From Eledone cirrhosa (Eukaryota): a DNA stretch of 64,000 nt. Of the stretch, positions 42,171 to 56,022 are shown one piece after another (within the stretch, counting starts at the first letter, position 1; the number at the start of each line of letters is the position of its first letter). The notes beneath the pieces were generated by a model. It worked only from the letters and a program-made list of their open reading frames with translations. It was not told the DNA's origin and searched no databases. Position numbers and translations under genes: made by a program. The stretch covers positions 99,138,001 to 99,202,000 of the forward strand of contig OZ024745.1 of the NCBI GenBank assembly GCA_964016885.1, read 5' to 3'.

Positions 42171-42263
42171 AAGTATTGTGAGAGTACTCACAACCTCTAA
42201 CTGGATTACCTATAACGATAACTTGTTATCCCATATATAATATATATGGAGGCACATGGCTAA

Positions 42264-42594
42264 TGGAGGCACATGGCTTAGTGGTTAGAGCATTGGCCTT
42301 GCAATCGAAAGGTTGTGAGTTCAATTCTCAGACCGGGTGATGTGTTGTTTCCTTGAGCAAGACACTTTATTTCACATTGCTCCAGTTTACTCAGCTGTAG
42401 AAATGAGATGGGGTCCCTATCATTCCACGGTAAAGTGGACGTGTAGGCGCCACGGAAAAAAAAAAGCACCCAGCACTCACTGTAAATGAGGTTAGTGTTA
42501 GGAAGGGCATCCAGCTGTAGAAATCAAGCCAGAATCAGTTCCCGTCCCACCCTTGCAAGCAGGGAAAAAGCAGACGTAAAATGAAATGAAATGA
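42264..42594 (+). mobile_element. CORE-type SINE with RTE tail (family B)
   Basis: Near-identical to the reverse complement of 31060-31400. Confidence 0.88.
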
Positions 42595-42811
42595 TATATA
42601 TATATATATATATATATATAAACAAAATTAGAATTTCGTTTTTCGCTCTAACATAGTTGATATGTAAAATGTATTCATTGTATTATAATTGTTTCTACTT
42701 TAGGCACAAGGCTAGCAATTACCCAGTGCATTACTGGTACTTTATTTTATCGACCCCGTAAGGATGAAAGGCAAAGTCAACCTCGGCGGGATTTTATAAT
42801 AATAATTGATT

Positions 42812-43072
42812 TGTTTGCCAGTAAATAGCCTCATTACACTATGTTTTATAAATGACCATCGCCACCCTTTTTTTCTAGCAGTGACAGAGAGAAACAATCA
42901 ACAATAATATTGTTTCTGGGTTATTGTTAGTGAGTGACAGGAGAGTGATACACAATCTTGAAAAAGGGCAATAACCCAGAAACAATATTATTATTGATTG
43001 TTTTTCTCTGTCATCATTAGAACAAAAGGATGACCATGATCATCTATAAAACAGCATAATGAGGCTGTTTGC
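42812..43072. mobile_element. Fold-back/MITE-like element with ~110-bp diverged inverted arms
   Basis: ATAATATTGTTTCTGGGTTATTG...CAATAACCCAGAAACAATATTAT, extending to GCCTCATTA/TAATGAGGC. Confidence 0.65.
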
Positions 43073-43820
43073 TAAGGTTTGATAATGACTATTGTTACTA
43101 GAAGTAAATCTATTCCACATGCCCCCACCACAAATGAAACTAACGATCAGTCCACCTTGAGGTCCCAGCTGACAGAATGGAGAAGATATTGCCTTGAAGA
43201 TTGAAGAAAACACCATAACATGGGTTTTAAATTCATCTTCCCTGTTAAAGCTGGGGTTAGCCTAGTGAGCCCTATGATAAGCCTCATATCCACCAGGGGG
43301 CCCTTTTTCAGCCATTGTTTTATAGCTGGATGTATTTGGTGCTAACCCTTTTAGTTGCCTCCTACAGTATACAAGGACATCATGTACTTAGAATGGAACT
43401 CTGCTAGTTTCAACGATGAGTGTTTCAGTTGTTTGATCAATGGGGAGTACTACTCATGAGATTAATGTGTGTGGCTGAGCATTCTGCAGAGACATGTACT
43501 CTTAATATAATTCTCAGGGAGATTCAGCATGGTACAGTGTATGACATGGCTGACCCTTTGACTTACAGGTACAACAGCTCATCCAGTGGGCTTCCTAACA
43601 TTGTTTGTCCACCCAATTTCATTCACAAGGCATGGGTTGACCCACGGCTAGCTGTGGTAAATGACACTTACCCAAGATATCATACAGTAGTACTAAAAAC
43701 CAAGACCTAATGATTGTGAATTAAACTTCTTAACCATTCTTTCATTGCTGTGTCTACATGGTGTAACTCTGCTAAACTGGATATACACAATATTTTAAAT
43801 TGCATTGAAGAAAGTATTAT

Positions 43821-44049
43821 TTAACCCTTTAGCATTTACATTACTCTATCTATACTATTGTATTTTCACACTAAAGGCTTTACTTCACATAATGATCTCA
43901 CATAATATTGAATCTATGAGATTTTGATATTATTTATTTTGAGAACAATACCTTAACATCAATTTGAGTGGCCGGTTAGAGCCAGTTTGAACAGAAAGAG
44001 GTGAGAGAATTCTGGCCGGAAATGGCCAGTTTAAATGCTAAAGGGTTAA
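43821..44049. mobile_element. piggyBac-type MITE
   Basis: TTAA TSD, 14-bp TIR. Confidence 0.88.
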
Positions 44050-44547
44050 CTCTTATAGGCAAGATTTCATCTACCAAAACCTTTAAACAACCTATTCAGA
44101 CTGAAATAAATAGACTTCCTATCTCTTTTACTATTACTCACCATGGTCTCAGCTTCCTCTTAATGCTATAATAGCCAGCCAATGCTTCTCATTTTAATTC
44201 ACTCACACCTCCTCTTGTCTTCATTTTTTTTATGTCTGAGTTCCAGATAACTCCGGCTCTATCTTCCTCAGAATAAACTTCTATGGAACTTTCTTCCATT
44301 CTTTACCACCTCTGCAACATTTTACTCTTTCATTACTGTATTTCTAATGTAAGGTAAGGTGCTGGTGAATTGGCAGAGTCATTAGAAGCCACATTAAAAA
44401 TACCTCAGTCATTGTTCTGGCTCACTGCACTCTGAATTCAAATCCTGTCAACTTTCCCTTTCATTCTTTCGAGGTCGATAAATTAAGTACCAGTTCAATA
44501 CTGGGATCGATTCTTTCTCTTTCTTTGGAAGGAATTGACTATGTCTA

Positions 44548-44733
44548 ATAATTGTTTCTACTTTAGGCACAAGGCCAGCAATTATCCCAGTGTATTATTG
44601 GTGCTTTATTTTAACGAGCCTGTAAGGATGAAAGGCAAAGCTAACCTCGGCAGAATTTGAACTCAGAAGGTAAAGGGATGTAACTCTACGCCCCGTAGCA
44701 TGGTGTCCAACGCTCTACCGATACTGCCAGTCC
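44548..44733 (-). mobile_element. Family-A SINE
   Basis: Full unit. Confidence 0.85.
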
Positions 44734-45009
44734 AAAGTTATGATGTTACTATATTTATAGGTCAGTAATGGACCCACACGAATTTTTTTCCTTTGCTAAT
44801 GTTTTTATTTTTCTTCAATTTATTTAATGTATAACTAATATGAAATGAAAATTAAAATTTATAATAAACAAAATATCCTTAATTTCGTTTTTTTTTTGTC
44901 GTGTCACGTGATATGTCGTCTGCTGTTTCCATTTGTCACGTGACATGATATAGTATTTATATTTCAATAGTGGAGTTACTTTTACCACCCCACTTCCTCT
45001 TAGCATTGC

Positions 45010-45598
45010 CTTTCCTTCTTTCTTTTCCTTCTCTCTATCTCTCTTTCTCTTACACATTATAACTCCGTCTTCCTTTCACTCTCTCTCCCTTACTCACATA
45101 AATGCGTCTTCTTCCCTCTCTCTCACCCATTCACTCTCCCTCTCTGACCACCCCTCACCCTCTCTCTTCCTTTCTACCTCTCTCGTTTTCACTTTCTCTC
45201 TCTGCCCCTTCTCTCTTCGTCCCCCCTTCCCTCTTCATCTTTCCCCCTCCCTTTTCTCTTTTAATCTTTCCCCCTCCCTTTTCTCTCTACATCTTTCCCC
45301 CTCTCTTTTCTTTCTTCATCTTTCCCTTCCCCTTTTCTCTCCATCTTTTCCTCTCCCCTTCTGTCTTCGTTCCCCTCCTCCCCTTTGTTCCTTTATCTTC
45401 CCCCTCCTTTACAACCATCTCCCCCCCTCTCTTCATCTTCCTTCTCCCTCACAACCATCCAACTCCCTCTCTCTCTTCACCCCCCCCTCCGTCTCAACCA
45501 TCTCTCTCCCTTTCTCTCCTCACCCTCTCTCTTCATCTTCCCCCTCTCTCACAAGTATCTATCTTCCTCTCTCTCTTCATCTTCCCCCCTCCGTCTCA

Positions 45599-45629
<31 letters not shown>

Positions 45630-45860
45630 TCACAGCAGTAACGTATGTGCCATTGTTGTGCTAACTTCTCTATCGTCTGCTATATTTATTATTCAATCTC
45701 CCACATCCTTCCTAACAGCACTAGTCTAGTTTTTGTATTTTTCTCAACTCTATTTTTCTCCTTTTCTAAATCCACACGGACACACTCCGTATACATCCCA
45801 AATATATACATAGGATTTTGTATGACAGTATTTCATACAAATTCACAAACTATGTGGTAA

Positions 45861-45900
<40 letters not shown>

Positions 45901-46259
45901 ACACACTCTCACACACACGCTCACACACACACACCACACACTCACACCCACACACACTCTCTCTCACACACATACATACACACACTACTAGATTGTTGCT
46001 ATTTGAGGCAAGTTATCATCCATTAATGAAATGAACAATGGATAAAGAGAGAAAAACAGATAGAGAGAGGGGGGAAGGGAGAAAGTGAGGAGGAGAGAGA
46101 GAGCAAGAGAGAGCAAGAGAGAGAGAGAAAGGAGGAAGAGAGAGGGAGAAAGAGAGACAGGGAGAAAGAGATAGAGTGAGAAGGAGGAGAGAGAGGGAGC
46201 AAGAGAGAGAGAGAAAGGAGGAAGAGAGAGGGAGAGAGAGAGAGTGGAGGTGAGAGGGA

Positions 46260-46294
<35 letters not shown>

Positions 46295-46305
46295 GGGGGG
46301 GGGGG
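45010..46305. repeat. Low-complexity polypyrimidine, (CA)n and polypurine tracts
   Basis: Base composition. Confidence 0.9.
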
Positions 46306-46456
46306 AATGAGAGATTATTCTATGAATAACATTAGTGAGCCTATAATGTGTATGTATGTATATGTGTGTGTGCATATACACGTGCACATGTGTGGCATGC
46401 ACGTGTCTGTGTGTTTATGTACACAGAGATGTACATATGTATTTGTGTGTATATAT

Positions 46457-46643
46457 AATTGTTTCTACTTTAGGCACAAGGCCAGCAATACCCAGTGCAT
46501 TACTGGTACTTTATTTTATCGACCCCGTAAGGATGAAAGGCAAAGTCAACCTCGGCGGGATTTGAACTCAGATCGTAAAGGGACGTAACTATGCTGGAAA
46601 GCATGGCGTCCGACCCTCTACCGATACTGCCAATCCATCGCCC
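46457..46643 (-). mobile_element. Young family-A SINE
   Basis: Nearly identical to 3655-3838; TSD TGTGTATATATAAT. Confidence 0.9.
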
Positions 46644-47087
46644 TTGTGTATATATAATGCGTATGTGTGTACACATTTGAGAGTGTGTTAAATTTTCTGT
46701 GGTTTCTACATTTGGATTTGATTCAACCTTGAAATTCTTATTTTAGTTGAAACAGAAAATATATATTTTGTAAGAATTCCTTTTGTTTCAACATAGATAC
46801 AAGTATAACTTATATCTTAAAGTATTTTAACTGAATTGTTATTCATTCACTTTGTCCATTTCTTCACACTTAACCTCTTGACGACATCTTCGACATATAA
46901 ACTTGGTGAAGCCCATCCCTTAACAAAGAGGGTGTTGTGAGACAACAGGTTGACCGTAACGCACCAGAGTACTCGACATTTGGGGTAGTAGAGTGGGTAA
47001 TATGAAAAAATTCATATTAAAAAAATTCGGATCTAGCTGTCTAAACGGCCAGAGCTCAGCTGTCGGGGTCCTGAATCTTTTCATATT

Positions 47088-47175
<88 letters not shown>

Positions 47176-47247
47176 AATATGATATCCCCGAAATATATAT
47201 AATGAAATAAATATGGTTTTATAAAGATAGTTTTCCATTTATTTAAT

Positions 47248-47281
<34 letters not shown>

Positions 47282-47287
<6 letters not shown>

Positions 47288-47663
47288 ATTAAATAAATGG
47301 AAAACTATCTTTATAAAACCATATTTATTTCATTATATATATTTCGGGGATATCATATTAACAATATGCTATGCCTTCATCAGACAAAATACAATATAAA
47401 CAGTTTTATAGATAAATATATTCGACATACCGTAATAAACATCAACTTCATTTGAAGAGGTTTACTCTAGCAGTCTAGAGTAAACCTCTTCAAATGAAGT
47501 TGATGTTTATTACGGTATGTCGAATATATTTATCTATAAAACTGTTTATATTGTATTTTGTCTGATGAAGGCATAGCATATTGTTAATATGATATCCCCG
47601 AAATATATATAATGAAATAAATATGGTTTTATAAAGATAGTTTTCCATTTATTTAATATTGTA
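47282..47663. repeat. Perfect palindrome, ~189-bp arms, 4-nt loop (CAGT, 47471-47474)
   Basis: ...GGTTTACTCTAG-CAGT-CTAGAGTAAACC...; arms appear identical by eye. Confidence 0.92.
47554..47619 (+). ncRNA. Type I hammerhead motif (mirror copy on minus strand at 47326-47391)
   Basis: UAUUUUGU-CUGAUGA-AGGCAUAGCAUAUU guu AAUAUGAUAUCCCC-GAAA-UAUAUA-UA-AUGAAAUA. Confidence 0.72.
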
Positions 47664-47747
47664 AATATACTCCAAGTATTTGTCGAGTGCTTTTATATCA
47701 GTTATAAATATTTACTAGTTGTAACCCAACAATTTTAAATATAACTT

Positions 47748-47784
<37 letters not shown>

Positions 47785-47813
47785 GTGGTGCAATTGGAAT
47801 GTGTTGACAATCT

Positions 47814-47937
<124 letters not shown>

Positions 47938-47995
47938 AGATCCCGTTAAGGGTGAAAGCAGCGATTGTTTGCTTAAACTTTAATCTGTTATTTTA

Positions 47996-48032
<37 letters not shown>

Positions 48033-48054
48033 GGAAAAATTTGAACAGGAACAA

Positions 48055-48109
<55 letters not shown>

Positions 48110-48112
<3 letters not shown>

Positions 48113-51100
48113 TCATCATCATCATCATCATCTTCGTTTAACGTCCATCTTCCACGCTAACATGGGTTAGACGGGAGTTGTCCCACTTGAGGCAAGGCTG
48201 GTCGGGTGACTGTCTCGCTCATATAGGACTGTCTGGCAGGTTTTCTGTGGCTGGATGCCCTTCCTAACACCAACCACATTTACAGTGAGGACTGGGAACT
48301 TTTTACCATGTTACCTACACAACCACATTACAGCGTGGACTGTGTGTTTTTTTTGTCGTGACACCTACACGATCTCGATCTAATTATCTCATTTATTTGG
48401 ACTGAATGTTGTGGTACCAACTTTACAGAGAGAGGGTGATGTTGGTGGGAGTGGGAGGATAGAGTAGAGGTAGTGGATTGGGGTGTATATTTGGTTAAGA
48501 AGTGCCTACTGACTGTAGGTTTCGCTTTGTACATAAGCAAGGCAGGTCTTCTGTATTACTGCGTAGCACTAAAGATCACGGTCCAGTGACATTATCTTAA
48601 AGAGGTGCAAGTGTGTAAGGTCGGAATTTATCAAATTGTCCCAGGTTTTTCTGAGTCTACCTACTCCATAACTTCCATCAATTTTGATCGCCCTGCACTT
48701 TTTTATACAGCTGTCGTCATTCATGCGCATCACATGACCATACCAACGTAGTCTTCTCTCAAGTAAACAGCATCTGATCCCTCTTATTCCTAATTTCTCA
48801 CTTAGTTCATTTATGCTTTGCCGTTCGCGTATATTACTATTACACATCCAATGGAGCACGCATGCTTCGTTCCTTTCCAGTCTGCGCAGGTCCTCTGCAC
48901 GGAATGCCCAGGTCTCACTGACATGTAGCATTGCTCTTCGTATACAGGCATCATACAATCTGCCTTTCATTTTTAGAGAGAAACCTTTTGTGGCCAATAG
49001 TGGTATAAGCTCTGAACTTTTTCCATCCCGTTCTGATTCTGGCTACTGTGCTATAGCGAGAATACTGGGTTGTATGAATGTAACAAAACGAGGCATTGTG
49101 TAGATAATATTTAATTAACAATGGTAGATAGTATAGTTGACATGTCAAAGGAATAGATGTTAGAATGAAACAAAGTTAGTAGTTACCGTTTTGATTGCCA
49201 GGCAAACGCGGCTGGCAGAGGACGCCTGGCTAAGGCCAGGCGCCTGTTGGCCAAATGACAGGCAGAGCCAAATGAGAGGCTCTTGGCCTGGTGCCGAAAA
49301 GGCAGTGAGAGAATGAGAACTTAAAGTTGTTAGTTTTATAGGGTTCTGACCGGAAGTTGCAGAAAGGGTTCCACTTCCCGTCTAGATCCAAACAAGGGAG
49401 ACAACCGCTACAGTGCTTTTGTCACCCAAGTAACGGAAAGTGTCCACTATTTCTATAGAACCATCTGGGCAATAGAAGGAGCTAGTATCCTGTGGGCACT
49501 TGCTACTTATTGCACCTGAGCATCGGCCACATATAAAATCTACGTTCTTAGATAGTTTACCTGTGATCCCACTACATCTTTTATGTACCCATAGTTTGCA
49601 TTTGGGACATAAAATGGAATTTCTACCTATTGCTTTCCTACACACTGAGCATGGCAATTTCCCTGAGGGCACCTGTGCCCTATTTTCCTTTCTACAAACT
49701 AGAACTTTAGTCTTAGACAAGTTAACTTTAAGGCCTTTTGATTCTAGGCCATGCTTCCATGTTTGCAATTTCTTCCCTAGTTCAGCCATAGATTCACCTA
49801 TGAGAGTTAGATCATCTGCGTATAGGAGTTCCCATGGGCAGCCGGTCTTGAACTCCTCTGTTAAGCCTGAAGGGCAATAATAAATAGTAGGGGGCTAAGG
49901 ACAGAGTCTTGATGAACACCAACGTTTACACTAAATTCTTCACTATATTCATTGTTAATTCTAACCTTACTGACTGTTTCTGTATACTTGGCTTGTATAG
50001 CTCTCACAAGGCAATCATCTACACCTAGTTTTCTAGGAGCCCACCAGATAATGGAGCGGGGGACTCTGTCAAAGGCTTTCTCCAAGTCTACAAAAGCTAA
50101 GTAGAGGGGGTTTACTTTTAGCTAGGTACTTCTGTAGTTGTCGTACAAGGAAAAGAGCGTCTGTGGTAGTTTTACCTGACACAAACCCAAACTGCATTTC
50201 ATCTAGATCAATTCGCTCTCTGATTAGTTGCGCTATAACTCTTTCTGTGACCTTCATGACCTGGTCAACTAACTTAATGCCTCTATAGTTTCCCCTATCT
50301 AGAGCATCCCCTTTACCTTTGTAGCAGTTAATGATGCTGCTGTTACGCCAGTCTTTTTGTATGACCTCATTCTGTATTACTTGGTTTACTATACGGGTGA
50401 CCATAGTATGTCCCACCATTCCAGATGCCTTCAACATCTTAGCAACTATCTTCGAAGGCCCAGCTGCCTTGCCTGTCTTCATATCTTTGATTGACTTACT
50501 TACCTTTAACTTGCACCTTTAACTTGCACCGCTGGTCCTTCTATTGGATCGATTTGGGGCAGACTTTCTTTTTCCTATTAATTCTCCCCATTTAATAGTC
50601 TCTCGTAGTGACACTTCCAAGCTACCTTCTTATCAATATCAGTGAGGGCAAGTACACCATTATCATTAGGGACACACTTCTCCCCGACAATATCACAGTT
50701 TTCCTTGACACATTGTCTAGCAATCCTGAACATCTCACGTTTTTGGTCCTCACGTTGTAGAACATGCTTGAACTTTCTATCCTCTGCTTCCCTTTTTGCA
50801 AGGTACACTTTTCTCCTAGCTTCTCTCCTGGCCATTTGATAGTGTTCTCTACTTCCCCCATCCTGCCATACTTTCCAAGCCTGCTTTTTGGCCTTGATTG
50901 TCTCCTCCACCTTACTGTTCTACCACCAAGATATTCTCCTCCTGCCAATAGGTCTGCTCCAGCCACAGATTTCATCCGTCGCTTTCAGCAGGTTCACTTT
51001 CCAGAATTCCCACTGTTCCTCTATATTGCACGTCTCTAATTGCGCTTCCTTATTGTCAAAGGCATTGAGTAATAAGCTTTTAAATTTGTCACTGGCTATG

Positions 51101-51745
51101 GGGTCCTTCAACTTCCATATTCTTCACCTCAAGGTAGTCCTCCTCTGCCGTTAAGTACGTCTATTCCTGACTATGAGGTCACTAACTACTAGGCTACGTT
51201 GGGAGGTGCATTCTTCACGGGGGAGGGATTTAGTGTTTACAACAGACACTTTGTCACGTCTTCTAGTAAGGATATCTATCTGGTTGGCGTGTTCCCCTAA
51301 TCTATAGGTTATCAAGTGGTTTTCTCGTTTTTTGAAGTTTGTGTTACAGATAGTTAGGTTATTAGCGTCACAGAATTCCAGGATTCTGAAACCTTCCTCA
51401 TTTCTATTTCCAAACCCATAGCCTCTATGGGTTCCATCATAGCCATCACCATGTTGTCCAACGTTTAGGTCGCCAGCAATAATTAAGTAGTCGCTGTCGG
51501 TTATTTGGGAGGTAGTGTGCATTAGCGACTCATTGAACCTGTCCTTTATAACGTCAGGTAGACCAGATTGGGGTGCATAAGCGGATATTATTGTCACAGT
51601 AGTTCTATTTAGAACAAGTCTTATTTTGATTATTCTGTCATTCACTCTATTTGCGTCAATTACCTTATCTACCCATTTTTCAGCTAACATAATTCCTACT
51701 CCACTCAGTCCGTTGTCATTTCCCACCCAGAAAAGTTTATAGCAT
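48110..51745 (-). mobile_element. Near full-length RTE LINE (APE endonuclease + RT), frameshifted, split by a solo LTR
   Basis: ISAYAPQ..AGDLN endonuclease, KGKGDALDRGNYRGIKL, EKAFDRVPR, RRLRWYGHV, (GAT)n tail. Confidence 0.93.
49052..49412. mobile_element. Solo LTR (361 bp)
   Basis: TATAGCG...CGCTACA termini flanked by a GTGC TSD (49048-51, 49413-16) inside the RTE ORF. Confidence 0.8.
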
Positions 51746-52014
51746 CGTTTTTTATTGAGAAAGTTAGTTTTAGGAAGGGTCCAACGGAATGAGGCATATT
51801 ATTAAAAAAACGTCTAAAATATTAATTTTAGACTGGCTTAAATATATATATATATATATATATATAAAGTTGTTAGAACATTGGATGGAATGCATTATGA
51901 TATTGAGGTGTTGTGGTGTTTATTCTGGTTCCCTCAACAAGGCCAACTTTGTCTTTCATCCTTTCAACGTCAATAAATAAAATACCAGTCCAATAGTAAG
52001 GTCAGTTCTCCCCC

Positions 52015-52090
<76 letters not shown>

Positions 52091-55000
52091 AGGGCGGGTA
52101 AAATTCCCGAGATCCATGGACGAGTTCTCTCCTCATTATCGCTGCCATGTCCTGCGTCTCCAACAGACCAGTGTCTGTCCTTAGGGCATCAACATACGTT
52201 AGCCTTGGTCTCCCTCTTCCAGTGTGTCCATGCAGGGGCTCCTACAGAAACAATGAGTGCAATGTCAACTCTGGATGTCGGTGAGCATGTCCAGCTAACC
52301 TCAGTCTCCTCTGTGTCACTTTTGAGCTGACTTTTGGGAGGCTCCCATACAGCTCTGAGTTTTTCATCCTCAGGGTATACTGATTAATGTTCAGAGCCAT
52401 CCTCAGCATTCTCGTGTAGCACCCATCCACCATCTGAGTGAGTTTCTTGGTCAGTGTCCAAGTCTCAGACCCGTACAGCAGCACAGACTCCACTACAGCA
52501 ATGAAGAGGCGGATTTTCACGTCTTTACAAAGGTCCGACTTCCACACCGATATCAAGCTGTGGCACGTGGCCCAGGCTCTGCTCTTCCTCTCAACCACAT
52601 CATCTTCCGTATTCCCAATCTTTGCTCCCAAATACAGGAAGTCCTCAACCAATTCTAGCAGCTTCCCGCCTACATTAGTGACCCCCCTCTGGCTTCTCAA
52701 CATTCTCTACCAGATATTTTGTTTTAGTCTCATTCATTCTCAGCCCCACACTCATCGACACAGTCTCAACCTCCTGCATCAAATCCTCTGCCTCCTTCAC
52801 TGTATTTGTCACCAAAACTATGTCGTCGGCAAATTCAGCATCTGATACCTTTTTCGCCTTAACTCTCCTGCTCTGACCCGGTGCTACAGTAAATCCAGAG
52901 TCCTGGTGTTTCTCCAGTGTAAGGCGCATACAATAGTCCACTACGATGATAAAAAGGTAGGGAGCCAATGTATCTCCCTGGAGCACTCCAGCCAGTATCT
53001 CAAAGAACTCTGTCATCCCATCAGGTGTAATGACTTGGGCTTTGGTGTTGGTGTAGAGCAGTGATATCAGGTCCACTATCCTCTTGGGGATTCCATAAGC
53101 CTGTAAGATCTTCATCAGGCAGTGACAGTCCACAGAATCAAAGGCCTTCCTAAAGTCAATGAAAACCATGACCGCAAGAAGGCACTTTGCTCTAGCATCC
53201 TCTAATATCCTCCTCAGCATCAGGATGTGACTGGTGGTTGATCTTCCCTCTCTGAAGTCGTTCTGGTTGTCCCTGAGCTTCTTCTCCATCTCAGGCTGGA
53301 TCCTGTTAAGAAACATCCTGTTGAGAGTCTTTGCCACAAGTGACGTCAGTGAGATCCCCCTGTAGTTGTTGGTGTTAGAGAGATCTCCCTTCTTTGGCAC
53401 TGGGACGATGTTACTGATCCTCCACTGATTCAGAGCAACTCCTTTCTCTAGTGCCTGGTTACAGAACCCCAGGATGATATCATCAAAATCACACCTCTTC
53501 ATCACCTCTGATGCCACTCCATATTCTCCATGAGCCTTGCCCTCCTTGATCCTCTTCTTGGCTCTTTGAAGCTCCTCTCTAGTGAAGGGCTCTGTGTCAA
53601 TATCCAGTTCCTCAAACAGCCGCCTGATCTCCCCCAGTGCTCTGGGCTGTGGAGGGTGGCTCTCCTAGTAGGGTCCTAAAATGGTCTAGCCATTTCCTCT
53701 TCCTATCCTCGGACCCCGTTCCCTGGATCTGACTCAAACACCTTTTCTTCCTCCCTGTGATCTCGTTGATGATCATCCAGCTCTCCTTACATCCAGACCT
53801 GTCAACCACTCTCTCCACACTTCTGATCTTCTCTATCAGTGCCTCCTCTCTGGCCTCAGTGTAAGCGGTACAGAGTTCTTCCCTCATCACCTCCACAGTC
53901 TCCATCCTCTCCTCCGTAGGATCAGCATAGAATTGGTCCTTGGCAGCTTTCAGGTGTTCTCTGGCTGCACACACTTTTGGGTCTGCAGAGCTGACGTGCT
54001 TCCTTTTGTTCTTTCTCCTCAGCACTAAGGTCTCACTTGCTCTCGCCACTGCATTGGTGAAGTGCCCGTACCTCCTCATCACACTCTCCTCAGTCCATCC
54101 AATCTCTCTCTCCTCTGTCTCTCCACACAGAGCACTGAACATGTTCCTCACTTCCACTGTGAACCTCTCCTGTAGCTTATCATCTTCCTTGAAAGCTCCC
54201 CAGTCATAGATTGCTCTCCGGGGCTGAGCCTTGCTCTTTCTTAAGCTCACCCGGACCTCACTCATAACAAGCCGGTGGTCACTACCCAGTGTACTGAAAT
54301 AGTTGTATGGTTCTGTGTTCAGAACACTATTCCGCCACTTTTTCCTCACCAGAATGAAATCAATCTGGGACTTGGACAGGTGCATATCTGAGATGTAGGT
54401 CCACATCTTCCCCGGATTCTTCCTAAACCTTAGGTTGGTCGCTATCAAGTTCGCCTCCAGCAGGGAGTCTCTCAGTAGTCTTCCATTTCGGTTGGTGTTG
54501 TTATGGAAGTACCAGCAAAGATCTTCACTGCTCTCCTTACTCATATGTGCATTGAAGTCCCCCAAAACAAGTAGGATGTTGTGTGCTTGAGTGGTGTTGA
54601 CAGCTCTACACACCTCCTCATGGAACTCTTCCGCACTCACATCACTGTCTCCCTCGGTTGGACTATAGGCTGAGATGACTGTCAGTCTTGGGTTTCCATT
54701 GAAGGTTACCCTCAACACTCGCGGAGAGACAGGCATTATTTCCCTCACCAATAGACTGGTTTTTGTGCTGAAAACAAAACCCACTCCTCCCACTGCAGCA
54801 TTGGTCATGTTCTTCACTGCCGATGTGGTGATGAGCTGGTTCCTCTTCCCAATCATCACACTCCTCACGGGCTCATCGTGTAGGATCCTGTGTTCTTGGA
54901 TTGCAAGTATCTGTATACAGCTTTCCTCGAACAGATGTCCAAACTCCTCTCTCTTCTCCAGCATCCGAATAGTCCTCACATTCAAAGTGCCCATTTTGAT

Positions 55001-55366
55001 GGCTCTTCTGCAGGACAAAACTGCATTCTTTATATTTGTCTCAGAGACAGTTGATCCATCATCCACTGGCTCTCTCTGTGGCTCTAAGCCTGGGTATGAC
55101 ATTAAACTACATCCAGTGGCAAGGGTCCAGTTCGGGAGTTCAGGAGCTGTGGGGAATGTGGAGTTACCCCTTAGTTGTCATAACTCCCAGGTCTGCTCTG
55201 GCCCGGAGTAGTAGTACCTGTTAGGGCCCCATTTATGGGTTAAATAACTACCTTATTTGAGTGGCGCCGGTAAGGTTTTGTCAGCCATTGAAAAGAAATA
55301 TGGAGAGTCGATCTAACAGCACTAGGGTTAGAGCCCCTAATTACACTGTCAAGGAGCAGTCTGGTC

Positions 55367-55367
<1 letters not shown>
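52091..55367 (-). mobile_element. Near-intact second LINE family (RTE superclade; APE + RT) inserted in (TA)n
   Basis: GTLNVRT, IQEHR, SAYSP, GDFNA, IDFIL, SDH; GVLQGDTLAP, FADD; ORF in three pieces; (TA)n on both sides. Confidence 0.9.
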
Positions 55368-55436
<69 letters not shown>

Positions 55437-55499
55437 TCGATTACGTGTTGGTTAATTACCAACACTTCAGTATGCAGGGTAGTCAACAGATTAAAATTA

Positions 55500-55550
<51 letters not shown>

Positions 55551-56022
55551 ATAAGTAGGGAAGAAAGAATCACTATTGCATCATATACATATTTAATCAC
55601 ATATTACATATGTTTCACTGTTGGTCAGCTCGAGGAACAATCAAATTATGTTGGTTCCTGATTCTAGAATCAGAAGCTCCTCAGATATGTGTTTTCACAT
55701 GAAGGGTCGCGTCGAAGTGTCATTTGTACAAAATTCGATTGTTCCTCGAGCTGACCAGCAGTGAAACATATGTAATATGTGATTAAATATGTATATGATG
55801 CAACACTCATTCTTTCTTCCCTATTTATTATATATATATATGTAGAAATCAAGCCAGATCAGTTCCTGTATGAGCAAGGCATGGTCAGCCGACCAGACAC
55901 TGCCCACAACAGGACAACCCGTCTAACCCATGCTAGCGTGGAAGAACGGACGTAAAACGGTGATGATGATGATGATGATGATATATATTAATAAATGGAA
56001 ACTATATTTATAAAACCATAAT

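Noticed and set aside
42265-42340. tRNA gene
   Set aside because: It is the tRNA-derived head of a SINE continuing into CORE and RTE tail; acceptor stem not intact.
45102-46402. Leu/Ser/Pro-rich ORFs
   Set aside because: Low-complexity CT/GA tracts.
55655-55700. CUGAGGA plus hairpin (minus strand)
   Set aside because: GAAA and stem III absent at the inversion junction.
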